Source: Chlamydiae bacterium RIFCSPLOWO2_12_FULL_45_20
GTDB lineage: Bacteria; Chlamydiota; Chlamydiia; Chlamydiales; SM23-39
Direction of reading: 5' to 3'
DNA length: 64,000 nt
Assembly (NCBI GenBank): GCA_001796285.1
Contig: MGMD01000001.1
Span: 10,143-74,142, forward strand
Under the pieces are notes generated by a model that saw nothing but the letters and a program-made list of their open reading frames with translations, searched no databases and was not told where the DNA came from. This document shows positions 1 to 9,501 of the stretch, piece by piece. The number at the start of each line of letters is the position of its first letter. Positions within the stretch are counted from its first letter, which is position 1. Position numbers and translations under genes: made by a program.

Positions 1-218
1 TGTTCTCCAGGCTTAACCGATTTTAGAACAACTAAGCCAATCGCCTTTTCTTTCACTCTGTTGACGAACTGACTGACAACAGCGAAATTTACGTCCGCTT
101 CCAAAAGAGCTAACCGCACTTCGCGAACTGCTTCTTTGATATTATCTTCGGTCAGTTCCTTTTGGCCCCTTAAAGTGGAGAAAAGAGCTTGGAGTTTATC
201 TGTTAACGCACTAAACAT
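1..218 (-). CDS. ffh: signal recognition particle protein Ffh, N-terminal fragment (gene runs off the window start)
   Basis: Reverse strand from ATG at 218..216 reads MFSALTDKLQALFSTLRGQKELTEDNIKEAVREVRLALLEADVNFAVVSQFVNRVKEKAIG, the canonical SRP54/Ffh N-domain opening. Absent from the ORF track because it is open at the edge. Confidence 0.8.
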   Translation of the reverse strand, partial: MFSALTDKLQALFSTLRGQKELTEDNIKEAVREVRLALLEADVNFAVVSQFVNRVKEKAIGLVVLKSVKPGE

Positions 219-288
219 AATTAGGAAGCAGGATACTAGAGGGAGAAGAGATTTTCAAGAGAAATCCAGCACCTATATTCTTTTCTGC

Positions 289-1518
289 CTATCTCTGGAG
301 GTTAGAATATTTTTTAATCAGATGATAGAGATAGACTAGGATATCTTCAGCAGAAAGATTCTCCTCCACAAAAGCCGTGGCATGGCGAGCAATTTCTTCA
401 GCCTCCCGATCATGTGTACGGGCCCATTGGATCTTCTCCAATAGATCAGAGAGGTCTTCTTGAATGGGAATAAAATGTTGATAAGGCTTGAGGGCGCTGT
501 AATACCATTGGACGTTAGGGGTGATTTGCTTTAACACAACAGAATTTGAAAGAAGAAGCCAAAAAAAACGCTCATAGGAGCATGAGTTTCCATCTACATC
601 AACTAGATACTTATATTTTAAATGATCAGGACGGGAAACGCTCGGAGAAACCATCCCCTTAGCCTTCAAGAAACTTGGCACTTCTCGATCGCACTGAACA
701 ACGTTATGGAACCGAGCATCGATTTCTGTAGGATGGTTTAAGGAAAGTAGAACCAACTTTGCCCGAGCGAGCTCCTGCCAAGAGGTCAGGGTAGAATACC
801 CCCCAGTTGTCGCTCCTCTCCAAAAACACTTGGCCACCTTTTGGCTCCAGCTCCACTTCCTTGTCGTTTTTGGAATCAATGTTCTCAACTTCTCATAGCC
901 AGTCAATGCCTTGATATCTGGAATCAAGATGAGATCTGTTACATGTTCTCGTTTGGCAAAAACAAAGCAGGGACCAATGCCGGGATTGCCGCTAAAGCCA
1001 TCCTCCAAAGAGACAATAAAGTCCACGTCAGGCAACGGGGCAAACTCCTGGAGTTTTTTGATGCACCCCAAAAGGCCTTTAAAATGCTTCGAGTCAAGGT
1101 TTTTTTCATCGTGCGAAAAAGAAATATGGCCCCTTTGAATAGAAAAACGAACCAGGCTAAAAGTATCTACTTTATCTCCACAAAAAGCCCGGTCTAGCAT
1201 CTCCTTAGTGATTCCCGATGAATAGGCGGCTAAATCATTCTCAATTTGATCGATCATCCATCGTGGTGGATCTTTCTGTAATTTTTTCTTTAACACAACA
1301 GGGCGGATCGATAGGGTACGAATTTCCCGCGTTTTTTGTTTCAGCTTATTGTAAAACATGCAGGTAGTAGAGCTTGTCGCGATAGATACAATCAGGAAAA
1401 ACGCAAGCCAGTATCTCACAGCCGCAAAGTCTAACAGAAGAAAAATTTTAACGCAATTTTTGAACCGCAAAAGGGCTACTGGCGCCGATAGATAAAAAAA
1501 CGAGGACGTCCAGCCCAA
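289..1518 (-). CDS. CAP10-domain glycosyltransferase (GT90-like), N-terminally anchored
   Basis: 409-aa ORF with CAP10/GT90-type motifs WRGATTGG and KYLVDVDGNSCSYERFFWLLLSNSVVLKQ and a hydrophobic anchor WLAFFLIVSIA. Paralog of 47174..48316. Start uncertain: ATG 1518 overlaps prmC by 43 nt; an in-frame GTG at 1419 is an alternative. Confidence 0.65.
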   Translation of the reverse strand: MGWTSSFFYLSAPVALLRFKNCVKIFLLLDFAAVRYWLAFFLIVSIATSSTTCMFYNKLKQKTREIRTLSIRPVVLKKKLQKDPPRWMIDQIENDLAAYSSGITKEMLDRAFCGDKVDTFSLVRFSIQRGHISFSHDEKNLDSKHFKGLLGCIKKLQEFAPLPDVDFIVSLEDGFSGNPGIGPCFVFAKREHVTDLILIPDIKALTGYEKLRTLIPKTTRKWSWSQKVAKCFWRGATTGGYSTLTSWQELARAKLVLLSLNHPTEIDARFHNVVQCDREVPSFLKAKGMVSPSVSRPDHLKYKYLVDVDGNSCSYERFFWLLLSNSVVLKQITPNVQWYYSALKPYQHFIPIQEDLSDLLEKIQWARTHDREAEEIARHATAFVEENLSAEDILVYLYHLIKKYSNLQR

Positions 1519-2294
1519 TCATTCAGTAACTCCCCACTGGGAAAAAGAGCAAAGAGCTGTTTGCCTTGGCTTTCCCCAATTTCGAGATACAGGGTTCCTT
1601 TCGGATTGAGATAGGCATCGATGTCTCTTTGAATTCTTTCGTAAAACTCAATCCCTTTTTCTCCAGCGACAAGCGCAAGCTTCGGTTCAAAATTTCTGAC
1701 AGATGGTTCGAGTTTGCTATATTCTGATGCCGCTATGTAAGGAGGATTACAAACAATAACATCCGCCTTGCCTCCTCGAAATGGCTCAAAAAGATCCCCC
1801 TGAACACATTGCACCTCTACCTCATTTCTTACTGCGTTTTCACGAGCTAGTGAAAGAGCCTCAGCCGATATATCTGATAGGATGACATTCAGCTTAGGAT
1901 TTGCCTTTTTTAAAGCGATGCCAATGCAGCCTGAGCCAGTACAAAGATCCCAAAGCGTTTCCTTCTGAACAGATGGAACAATCATATCCACCAAAAGTTC
2001 CGTCTCTGGCCTTGGAATTAAAGCCCTTGGATCCACGGCAATCAAACAATTGTAAAACTCCACTTCACCGAGAATATATTGAACAGGTTCCTCTTTAAGA
2101 CTCCTTTTCAGCTGTTCTCGAAACATACTCAATTCTTTTTCCTCAACCGGACGATCATACTGTACGTACAGCTCCATCCGAGTCAAGTTGAGTGCATGAG
2201 CCAGTAGATCCTCCGAAATGCGACGGGCCCGATCCATGTTTTTTGAGCTTAAATACTCAATGGAGAGCTTGAGAATTTCTCCGGCTGTCTTCAT
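1476..2294 (-). CDS. prmC: release factor glutamine N5-methyltransferase
   Basis: 272-aa ORF with SAM-binding [10 protein letters not shown] and the NPPY motif (VCNPPYI). Its ATG overlaps the prfA stop (ATGA), the classic prfA-prmC arrangement. Confidence 0.9.
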   Translation of the reverse strand: MKTAGEILKLSIEYLSSKNMDRARRISEDLLAHALNLTRMELYVQYDRPVEEKELSMFREQLKRSLKEEPVQYILGEVEFYNCLIAVDPRALIPRPETELLVDMIVPSVQKETLWDLCTGSGCIGIALKKANPKLNVILSDISAEALSLARENAVRNEVEVQCVQGDLFEPFRGGKADVIVCNPPYIAASEYSKLEPSVRNFEPKLALVAGEKGIEFYERIQRDIDAYLNPKGTLYLEIGESQGKQLFALFPSGELLNDWAGRPRFFIYRRQ

Positions 2295-3355
2295 GATTTT
2301 AACTTTTGCTCATACAAACGGTTGACAAGGATAGTGACCAAAGCATCGAGATCGCCCTCCATAATTCGATCGAGTATATAAAGCGTGAGGTCAATACGAT
2401 GGTCTGTTACCCGATTTTGTGGATAGTTGTAAGTCCGAATCCTTTCAGAGCGGTCCCCAGTGCCGACCTGCAGCTGTCGAATTTCTGAAAGCTCTTGTTG
2501 GCTTTTTTTTCGGATTTCTTCGGCAATCCGGCTCTCTAAATAACGCATCGCCTTTTCCTTGTTTTTATGCTGAGAACGCTCTTCTTGACATGTGACCACT
2601 GTCCCAGTCGGAACATGCGTAATCCGAACGGCAGAATCTGTGCGGTTGACGTGCTGACCGCCCGCACCAGAGGCCCGATAGGTATCAATTTTTAGATCCT
2701 TTTCGTCGATTAGAACTTTTTCATCCTCATCAGGCTCCAAAAGAACGGCCATTGTGACAGCAGACGTATGGACTCTTCCTTGCGTTTCAGTCGCTGGTAC
2801 TCTCTGTACGCGATGCGTCCCAGCCTCATATTGCATGAGGCGAAATACATTCGGGCCAGAAAGTGACATGATATATTCCTTAAAACCTCCAATTTCCGAT
2901 TCCGATGTGGAAAGAACTTCTGTTTTCCACCCTTTCTGATTAGCGTAGTATTGGTACATTCGAACACAGTCGGCCACAAAAAGCGCTGCCTCATCGCCCC
3001 CTGTACCTGCACGAATCTCTAAAATGATATTGCGGCTGTCCCTGGGATCCGGGGGAACGAGAAGCGTCTCTATCTCCTTTTGGGCCGCTTCGACCTCGAT
3101 CAGGAGACGGATATTTTCTTCCTGCAGCAAAATGAGCATTGCAGGATCTTTTTCCAAAGACTCCAACTGCCGATTCTCGTCCAGTTCCTTTTCTGATCGC
3201 TGAAGGCGATCCCAAGCATCCTTAAGATCAGCCAGCTGGGAGTGCTCTTGCGTCAGCACACGATACTTCTTCTGATCAGAGAGGATTTCGGGATGGCCCA
3301 AGAGCTCTTCGACTTCTATCAGTCGATTTAAAAGGCGCTGGACCTTTTCCCTCAT
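2291..3355 (-). CDS. prfA: peptide chain release factor 1
   Basis: 354-aa ORF with the RF1 codon-recognition stretch [17 protein letters not shown] and the GGQ motif (SGAGGQHVN). Confidence 0.97.
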   Translation of the reverse strand: MREKVQRLLNRLIEVEELLGHPEILSDQKKYRVLTQEHSQLADLKDAWDRLQRSEKELDENRQLESLEKDPAMLILLQEENIRLLIEVEAAQKEIETLLVPPDPRDSRNIILEIRAGTGGDEAALFVADCVRMYQYYANQKGWKTEVLSTSESEIGGFKEYIMSLSGPNVFRLMQYEAGTHRVQRVPATETQGRVHTSAVTMAVLLEPDEDEKVLIDEKDLKIDTYRASGAGGQHVNRTDSAVRITHVPTGTVVTCQEERSQHKNKEKAMRYLESRIAEEIRKKSQQELSEIRQLQVGTGDRSERIRTYNYPQNRVTDHRIDLTLYILDRIMEGDLDALVTILVNRLYEQKLKS

Positions 3356-3657
3356 TTTGGCTTCTTTTTAGACTCTTTGATCTTCTCATTGGCCTTTTTC
3401 ATTTCAGCTCTTTTACGCTCATATTTCTTAGTGAATTTATCAACGCGTCCCTCTGTATCCATAAACTGAGAGGCTTTTGTGAAGAAAGGGTGCGAGGCAG
3501 AAGAGACAGGGACTCTATAGTGCGGGTACTCTTTTCCCTCAAAAACAGTCTTTTCTTTTGTCTGTAAGGTGCTGCCAATGATAAACTTGGTGCCGGTGGA
3601 GGAATCTTCAAAAAGAACTTCCTGATAAGGTGGGTGCTTCTTGTGCTGCATAGTCAT
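3352..3657 (-). CDS. rpmE2: 50S ribosomal protein L31, type B
   Basis: [23 protein letters not shown]...HPFFT...[10 protein letters not shown] matches L31 type B (no CxxC zinc motif). Start moved to the ATG at 3657, preceded by AAAGGA. ATGA overlap with prfA. Confidence 0.85.
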   Translation of the reverse strand: MTMQHKKHPPYQEVLFEDSSTGTKFIIGSTLQTKEKTVFEGKEYPHYRVPVSSASHPFFTKASQFMDTEGRVDKFTKKYERKRAEMKKANEKIKESKKKPK

Positions 3658-3732
3658 GTCCTTTAGGATTTTCCTACCAAGGATATAGGTGTTGCTAGAA
3701 ATATTCAAGAGATTCTGTTAAAAAAAGATCAT

Positions 3733-4527
3733 ATGAAGTCTCCTTTAAAAGTTTTAATAATGTCGACAGTAGTTATTGCTGTTGTAGGGAGCTTTTTTCC
3801 CCTTGTACGAAACCTTTTAGCCCTATCTTGGATCGGGTTAGAACGTTTTTATCTATGGCAGCTAGCCACCTATATTTTCGTTGAGAGAAGTAGTTTTTCT
3901 TTTCATTTTGCGCTATCTTTAGCCTTTGACATGTATCTTCTCTGGATCTTTGGTACCTCGCTTTTAGAAAGAGCGCGACCTAAGCTTTTTTTTATCCTCT
4001 ACTTCGGCGCCGCTATTGTTGGGGCATTGTCGGTGCTAGTTTTCCCCCGCTTTGTTCTCGCTGGAAGTTCCAATGCAGTATACGCCCTGATGGTTACTTG
4101 GGCTATGATCAACCCTCATTCCAAGCTGCTGCTTTTTTTTACCCTGCCTTTCCATTCCTATGTTCTAGTCTTCGCGATTCTCAGTATTTCCCTTTTTTTT
4201 CATGTTACCAGTGAAAATTGGGTTGCCGCACTCTCTCTAGTCAGTTCTTGCTTTTTCGCTTATCTTTTTGCTCTTTTTACCTGGCACACTACTGGGCCTC
4301 TCTCTTTTTTTCACTCCTTTGAAAGAAAACTCATCCGGCTTTTCGAGAAAAGAAGAGACAAGACCCATTCAAATATTTATGACATCCAGTCTGGGAAGCC
4401 CCTATCAGATGACGATCAGTTTATGGATGCTATGCTCGACCGGATCTCGCGCCATGGAGAAAGTTCTTTGTCTTCTCAGGAAAGAAAACGGATGCAAAAG
4501 ATCTCAAAAAAGCGAAAAGAGGTTTAA
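3733..4527 (+). CDS. rhomboid-family-like polytopic membrane protein (tentative)
   Basis: 264-aa ORF with about 6 hydrophobic helices. WQLATYIFVE...HFALSLAFDM...GTSLLE and AGSSNAVYALM resemble the rhomboid WR / HxxxN / GxSG layout but are degenerate. Basic C-terminal tail. Confidence 0.45.
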   Translation: MKSPLKVLIMSTVVIAVVGSFFPLVRNLLALSWIGLERFYLWQLATYIFVERSSFSFHFALSLAFDMYLLWIFGTSLLERARPKLFFILYFGAAIVGALSVLVFPRFVLAGSSNAVYALMVTWAMINPHSKLLLFFTLPFHSYVLVFAILSISLFFHVTSENWVAALSLVSSCFFAYLFALFTWHTTGPLSFFHSFERKLIRLFEKRRDKTHSNIYDIQSGKPLSDDDQFMDAMLDRISRHGESSLSSQERKRMQKISKKRKEV

Positions 4528-4528
4528 T

Positions 4529-4546
4529 CTCGACTTTGTACAATTT
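4529..4546. repeat. diverged copy of the CCTCGACTxTGTACATTTT motif
   Basis: ctcgactttgtacaattt lies 2 nt after the stop of 3733..4527. It is similar to the copies at 22231, 22371 (inverted) and 32637. Confidence 0.4.
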
Positions 4547-4730
4547 CATGACTTCCTCGCTGAAACTCGTCCGTCATGAGATTACAAATTTATTTGTTGC
4601 AACTGGTATTAGATCCCCCTGAATGCGTACAAGATTCTACGAGAAGACGCCAAAATAAAAAATTTTTGAAGATAAATATGTTCAAATTTGTTAATGATAA
4701 AAATAGAGGTTTTAAATAGGAGCGATCTCT

Positions 4731-5114
4731 ATGTGTATTTCTGTATTTTATGCCCAAGTAATGGGAATCTGGCTCTTCTTGGTTGGACTAGCGATGATCG
4801 TCCACCAAGCTCGTTTTAAAAAAACAGCGATGGAAGCGTTGAGCCATCCAGCTCTTGTAGCATTCACCGGCTTTGTCGGCCTAGCCGTAGGGCTTCTCAT
4901 TGTCATCAGCCATAATATCTGGGTTCCTGCATGGCCTGTGGTTGTCACACTGATTGGTTGGTTTATTTTAATTCAAGGCGTTTTGAGAATTTTTTGGCCA
5001 GAGACCTTTGGGAAATGGATGAAAGATTCGATGGCAAAAACTGGCTTTTCTATCTGGTCGTGGGCATGGTTGATCATAGGCGTCTATTTAATGTGGGCTG
5101 GATTTGCTAGCTAA
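4731..5114 (+). CDS. small membrane protein, unknown function
   Basis: 127-aa ORF with four hydrophobic segments. TAGGAG lies a few nt upstream of the ATG. No family recognised. Confidence 0.5.
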   Translation: MCISVFYAQVMGIWLFLVGLAMIVHQARFKKTAMEALSHPALVAFTGFVGLAVGLLIVISHNIWVPAWPVVVTLIGWFILIQGVLRIFWPETFGKWMKDSMAKTGFSIWSWAWLIIGVYLMWAGFAS

Positions 5115-5540
5115 AAGCTGTCTACAAACCCTTGCTTGAATCACGTTCGGTGTCGTAGACTTCTTGCATAATGCAGGTTCTACAAGGGGTCTATTGCGTA
5201 AAATTATGGGTGGTTAGATCTGAGGACTCCACCCTCCCACATGTGCGAAAAATGGGCATCATCGACCCGGGTCAAGAAGTCACACAGTTGCATTTTTAGA
5301 GTGCTTTCCCCAGCAACGTTGACAGGGAACAATCTGAGACATTTCTATCATTCAACAATAGACCAACGAGAACCGCTAAAAAAATTTCTTCCCTATGAAA
5401 TCCAAAAAGTATTTACGTTGCGTTTGCTTTTTCTTTACATTTATCTAATAGAATATATAATTTTCCGATCATAGTTAAGATGCCGCGAGGGCATATCCTC
5501 GCAAAAGTAAAACAAACCCATCTTGTGTAGGAGGTTACCA

Positions 5541-6029
5541 ATGAATCAAAGTATAACATCTGTTCAGCCAAGTAGCTGGAGCATCACCAATAAATTTACC
5601 GAGGCCAGCGCATGGTTGAGTAAAAACAGCAAAACAATGGCAGGTAGCGCGCAAGCACTTTTGCAAAGAGTGTGGAACGCTGTTTCTGAAGCCTTCTCAA
5701 AGGTGGCTATGTATCTCAGTTATGGAGTCAAGATAACAAAAGATGCGCTCGTTAATGCGAAAGACCATTTTACCGCTCTCCCACCCGCTACTAAAGTGAT
5801 CCTGGGTTGTTGTACTGCAGCCTCTCTTCTCATTGGAGGGATTGTACAATATTTCTTAAGAAGCGATGCTCCCGTACCGCAACCTCAGGCGAATGCTACG
5901 GCGACTGCTCCTACGGCGACTGTTCCTGCGGCGACTGTTCCTGCGGCGACTGTTCCTGCGGCGACTGTTCCTGCGGCGACTGCTCCTGCGGCGACTGCTC
6001 CTGCGGCGACTGATCCAGCCACCAAATAA
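5541..6029 (+). CDS. membrane protein with C-terminal (P-A-A-T-V)n repeat tail
   Basis: ATG at 5541 is preceded by AGGAGG (5529..5534), so the start is trimmed from the track's 5523. One TM (VILGCCTAASLLIGGIVQYFL), then ATAPTATVPAATVPAATVPAATVPAATAPAATAPAATDPATK. Confidence 0.6.
   Translation: MNQSITSVQPSSWSITNKFTEASAWLSKNSKTMAGSAQALLQRVWNAVSEAFSKVAMYLSYGVKITKDALVNAKDHFTALPPATKVILGCCTAASLLIGGIVQYFLRSDAPVPQPQANATATAPTATVPAATVPAATVPAATVPAATAPAATAPAATDPATK
5901..6020 (+). repeat. 15-bp tandem repeat, about 8 units (gcgactgYtcctRcg)
   Basis: Units start at 5901, 5916, 5931, 5946, 5961, 5976 and 5991, plus a degenerate unit at 6006. Four central units are identical. The array is in frame (5 codons per unit), and all three plus frames are open across it. 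Confidence 0.95.
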
Positions 6030-6092
6030 CTGGATAAAGCATTCTGAACGAAGGGGGGATGTTCAGTCTCCCCTTTCCCTTACAACCTGAAA

Positions 6093-8081
6093 TTATAGAA
6101 TTTTGATCGTTTGCCCATCTTCAATGATGAATGTATGGCTGCCCTGAAGATGGAGATTACGAGCAATGAATTTGCTCTTCCCTTTAAGAACGATTTTGAC
6201 GCTTTCTCGTGTTTTTAGGTTCATTTTCCAGTACGGACTGGAAGACTTCCAATCCACACCTGTATTTTCAATGGTCACATTTTCTAAGATGCAGCTTCCT
6301 GCTTCTTTTGAAAAGTGGAGATCTCCCTTAGAGCTGTAATGACCAATAGGCTTTTCTGCATAAATTTCTAAACAGCCATTTACTTCAAGATTTTTTGCAT
6401 ATAAATCTGCAAGCTCAAATAGAACGCTTGCTCCCAAATGAAAATGCCCTCCTTGGATTTTTCGTTGAATGATCGAATAAAGAGGCCCCAAAGCAGGATG
6501 ATAGAGGAAAAGAAGTTCTGGCCCTTGCTCTAAGTATTCGCCTACGGTTCGCTCCTTAGGAAGAGCCACCTGGCAGCGCTCTAAAAGCTCTCGATTTGCT
6601 TTGAGTAAGTCATAAAAACAATGTTCAGGCGTTTCACGCAGCGCTCTTCCTGAAACATAGGCTTTTTTGGCTGTAGAAATTGTCTTATGTCTTACGTTAT
6701 AGGTCACAAAGGTTCTCTCTGTTTTGAGTTCTTTACCTTTTTCTTCCACAAAAACATCGGCAATGTTTTGCATGGTCGATTCCAATCGAGCCATTTTGAC
6801 CTCCTGCTTCTTGCCACCTTCTCCTTGCAATGAGCTTTTTTTAAGATTCACTAAAAGCCCTGGGAATGGACACTCTTCTACAGCCGCAGACACCGCTTCG
6901 AGATCTGCAAACAAAATGTTGGTATTTGAGGAAAAACGGGAGTAGGGTTCTTCAGGATTCAAAGGCTTGTCTTGGATGCCATACTTGGCAAAATCACAAT
7001 ATTCAATATTCGTGAGTACAAGCTTTGCATTCCGCTCAACAAGGACATTTACACCTTCAACAGCCTTTAATAAACGGGGACACGAAGCAAAGCCAAATAC
7101 CATATTTTTTTTACATCCAATCCCAGTAAACGCTAAAAGACCATAGTCAAGCCCTGCAATTGGATTATTGATCTGCCGGATAAGAGCTTTTTTCCTCCCC
7201 AGTCCCTTAAGCCAATCAAAAACCCCCTCATCTTTGGCCAGCTTCCAAATCGCACCATGACCTCCGGGCTTGAGAAGGGGGGCAAGTGGCCCCTTAAGGC
7301 ACCAGTTGCCACTCTCATCGACAGCAGGCACAAGAGGTTGCGTAAAAAATCGGAAAGAGTCCGCTGGACGACCAAAAAAATGGTTCTCTTCACAAATTTC
7401 CATCACATGCGTATGATTCCTCTTTTCCTGTGAAGTCATAATAGCTATTGGAGTGACCATTTGACGCCCTGTCTTTTGGTAAAAAAGGTATTCTCGCGCT
7501 TCTAAATCCCGAATCAACAACTCCAAAAGCGTTTTACCAAGAAAAGGAAGTCTCGCTGCAGGCAGCTCCACTCCTGTTGCCTCCTCTACTAGATGAAGAC
7601 GGTCTGCTGCGCCTCCTAAAGGATAAATCTCCGCCATCTCTTCTACACTATCCACTCCCCATTCTATCGCTTGTCTCACATCCGCGCTGTCTTCAGAAAT
7701 ATTCAGAAAATGGGGCGCGTGAAATTTCAACTCTTGACACTCTCCTTCTTCACTTTTTTGCAAAAGCTCTAAAATTTTCGCCTGATATCCAACAATGCCG
7801 CCTATTTCCCTATAAAACCGATCCACCACTTCCAACTGATCAAGAAGGACGAAAAACTCTTTTTCATGCGCGTTAAATCCATCGAAAATACGCTCTGCTT
7901 GGCCAATAACAATTAGCTGCAAAAGAACCGCTGTTTGTTTCTCATTTAACTTCGCTGCCAAAGCTTGAATGTCAGGATGACTAGAAAAGAACACATCCAA
8001 AGAAGAGTATGCATGCAAGATCGCGGCCTTCTCAGGTGCGGAAGACGCATTCGCAAGCTCATCACTTAACCTACCGAGCAT
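6093..8081 (-). CDS. UDPGP-family (eukaryote-type UDP-sugar pyrophosphorylase-like) nucleotidyltransferase with long N- and C-terminal extensions
   Basis: 662-aa ORF. IYPLGGAADRL, IMTSQEKRNHT and LKPGGHGAIW match the UDPGP (UGP/UAP/USP) nucleotide-sugar pyrophosphorylase core. Confidence 0.7.
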   Translation of the reverse strand: MLGRLSDELANASSAPEKAAILHAYSSLDVFFSSHPDIQALAAKLNEKQTAVLLQLIVIGQAERIFDGFNAHEKEFFVLLDQLEVVDRFYREIGGIVGYQAKILELLQKSEEGECQELKFHAPHFLNISEDSADVRQAIEWGVDSVEEMAEIYPLGGAADRLHLVEEATGVELPAARLPFLGKTLLELLIRDLEAREYLFYQKTGRQMVTPIAIMTSQEKRNHTHVMEICEENHFFGRPADSFRFFTQPLVPAVDESGNWCLKGPLAPLLKPGGHGAIWKLAKDEGVFDWLKGLGRKKALIRQINNPIAGLDYGLLAFTGIGCKKNMVFGFASCPRLLKAVEGVNVLVERNAKLVLTNIEYCDFAKYGIQDKPLNPEEPYSRFSSNTNILFADLEAVSAAVEECPFPGLLVNLKKSSLQGEGGKKQEVKMARLESTMQNIADVFVEEKGKELKTERTFVTYNVRHKTISTAKKAYVSGRALRETPEHCFYDLLKANRELLERCQVALPKERTVGEYLEQGPELLFLYHPALGPLYSIIQRKIQGGHFHLGASVLFELADLYAKNLEVNGCLEIYAEKPIGHYSSKGDLHFSKEAGSCILENVTIENTGVDWKSSSPYWKMNLKTRESVKIVLKGKSKFIARNLHLQGSHTFIIEDGQTIKIL

Positions 8082-8398
8082 ATTCTTTTGAATTTGCCGG
8101 ATATATATAAAAAATACAACCAGAAGTTTTAAGGTTGATAAAAAGTCAACATCCGTTAGAATTTCAGAATCTTAAAGACCGAAAATAGATCTCTAAAAAT
8201 GGCTCAAGAAAAACTTTTCAGCGATTTATTTTGACTATTAAACCGGTTGAAGGATAAAAGTTTTCTTTTAAGGCGGCTTAGATCCTCTACACATCAGCGA
8301 GGTGATGCAGGCAGCCTGAAGGATAATCTGGAACAGGCTGGGGAATCTAGCTGTTCGAATAGTGAAATTCAAATTGAGCCTTTTAAAGGAGAATGAAA

Positions 8399-8659
8399 AT
8401 GGCAACTAAGCAAAAAAATTCAAAATTTATGCAACCTATGAAACCAAGCAAAGAGCTTGCTGCCGTTGTAGGCGACGGGCCAATGCCTCGTACAGAAGTG
8501 ACTAAGAAGCTTTGGGCATATATTAAAAAAAATGATCTGCAAGATGCAAAAAATCGCCGCAATATTAACCCAGATGAAAAATTGGGTAAAATATTTGGCA
8601 CTAAAAAAGCTGTCAACATGTTCGAGATGACTAAGCTCGTCAATAAACATCTTTCTTAA
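8399..8659 (+). CDS. SWIB/MDM2-domain protein
   Basis: ELAAVVGDGPMPRTEVTKKLWAYIKKNDLQDAKNRRNINPDEKLGKIFG...MFEMTKLVNKHL is a textbook SWIB domain. The second ATG (8399) sits 7 nt after AGGAG; the track start is 8393. Confidence 0.88.
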   Translation: MATKQKNSKFMQPMKPSKELAAVVGDGPMPRTEVTKKLWAYIKKNDLQDAKNRRNINPDEKLGKIFGTKKAVNMFEMTKLVNKHLS

Positions 8660-8748
8660 TTCCTTTCCTCCGGGCCTAGAAACTTTACTTCTGGGCCCAA
8701 TATTCTTAAGAGACTGTTAAACAATAAATTAAACCATGTCAGTATTCT

Positions 8749-9501
8749 ATGCCTCGCTACAAAATAATTCTCAGTTATGACGGGACAGAGTACTGCGGTT
8801 GGCAAGTACAACGCAACGGCATCTCCATCCAAGCTGTGATGCAAAAAGCGCTTCAAACTGTACTCCGCCACCCGGTAGAGCTGACCGGTTCTGGAAGAAC
8901 AGATGCTGGGGTGCATGCAAGAGGTCAAGTAGCCCATTTCGACTCAAACGCCTCTTTCGATACTGCTACCCTCCGATTCCATCTCAACTGCCTGCTCCCA
9001 TCCGATATCCGCGTCAAAAAGATTGAGCCTGCTGAAGGGGGATTCCACGCCCGCTATAGCACCAAGAGAAAAATTTATTATTACTATCTTTTTACACACC
9101 CTGTTATGAATCCTTTTCGCAAGCTCTATAGCTATCACATCAGAGGCCCTTTCAATGAAAAGCTTCTACAAACCGCTTCACAGCACTTTGTGGGCACACA
9201 CAATTTTACCTCTTTTGCCAACGTCAAGCCCAACGCTCCAGAGGATCAGATCCGCACGATCTTTCGTATCGATATTCGAACAAGCGAAGATCTTCTCTTG
9301 TTGGAATTTGAAGGGGATGGATTTTTATATAAAATGGTGCGCAACATCACCGGGACTCTTATCGACATTGCCACGGGGAAAATAGCACTAGAGGATCTTC
9401 CCACAATTTTTGCTGCAAAAGATCGTAGATATGCGGGGAGAACGGCACCGGCTCAGGGACTATTTCTAGAAACTGTTATTTATACCATTTGCGAGAAATA
9501 A
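8749..9501 (+). CDS. truA: tRNA pseudouridine(38-40) synthase
   Basis: 250-aa ORF. YKIILSYDGTEYCGWQVQ and GSGRTDAGVHARGQVAHF (catalytic Asp) are TruA hallmarks. The last 6 codons and the stop lie inside the inverted-repeat element. Confidence 0.93.
   Translation: MPRYKIILSYDGTEYCGWQVQRNGISIQAVMQKALQTVLRHPVELTGSGRTDAGVHARGQVAHFDSNASFDTATLRFHLNCLLPSDIRVKKIEPAEGGFHARYSTKRKIYYYYLFTHPVMNPFRKLYSYHIRGPFNEKLLQTASQHFVGTHNFTSFANVKPNAPEDQIRTIFRIDIRTSEDLLLLEFEGDGFLYKMVRNITGTLIDIATGKIALEDLPTIFAAKDRRYAGRTAPAQGLFLETVIYTICEK

Noticed and set aside
5138-5152. 14-nt identity (gaatcacgttcggt) with 52026..52039
   Set aside because: By rough estimate, dozens of 14-mer coincidences are expected among all position pairs on both strands of 64 kb. 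The flanks do not align.
5901-6020. Possible CRISPR array
   Set aside because: The units are directly abutting 15-mers with no spacers, they sit inside a coding frame, and there are no cas genes in the window.
6044-6077. Hairpin (ctgaac/gttcag, or the G-run/C-run pairing) between convergent genes as a rho-independent terminator
   Set aside because: The stems are short or bulged and lack a U-tract on either strand, which is not enough to call a terminator.
5807-6090. Two extra plus-strand ORFs across the tandem repeat (CGDCS-repeat and LRRLF-repeat proteins)
   Set aside because: They are alternative frames of the 15-bp repeat, which has no stops in any frame. Only the 5541 frame has a strong AGGAGG and a sensible N-terminal domain.
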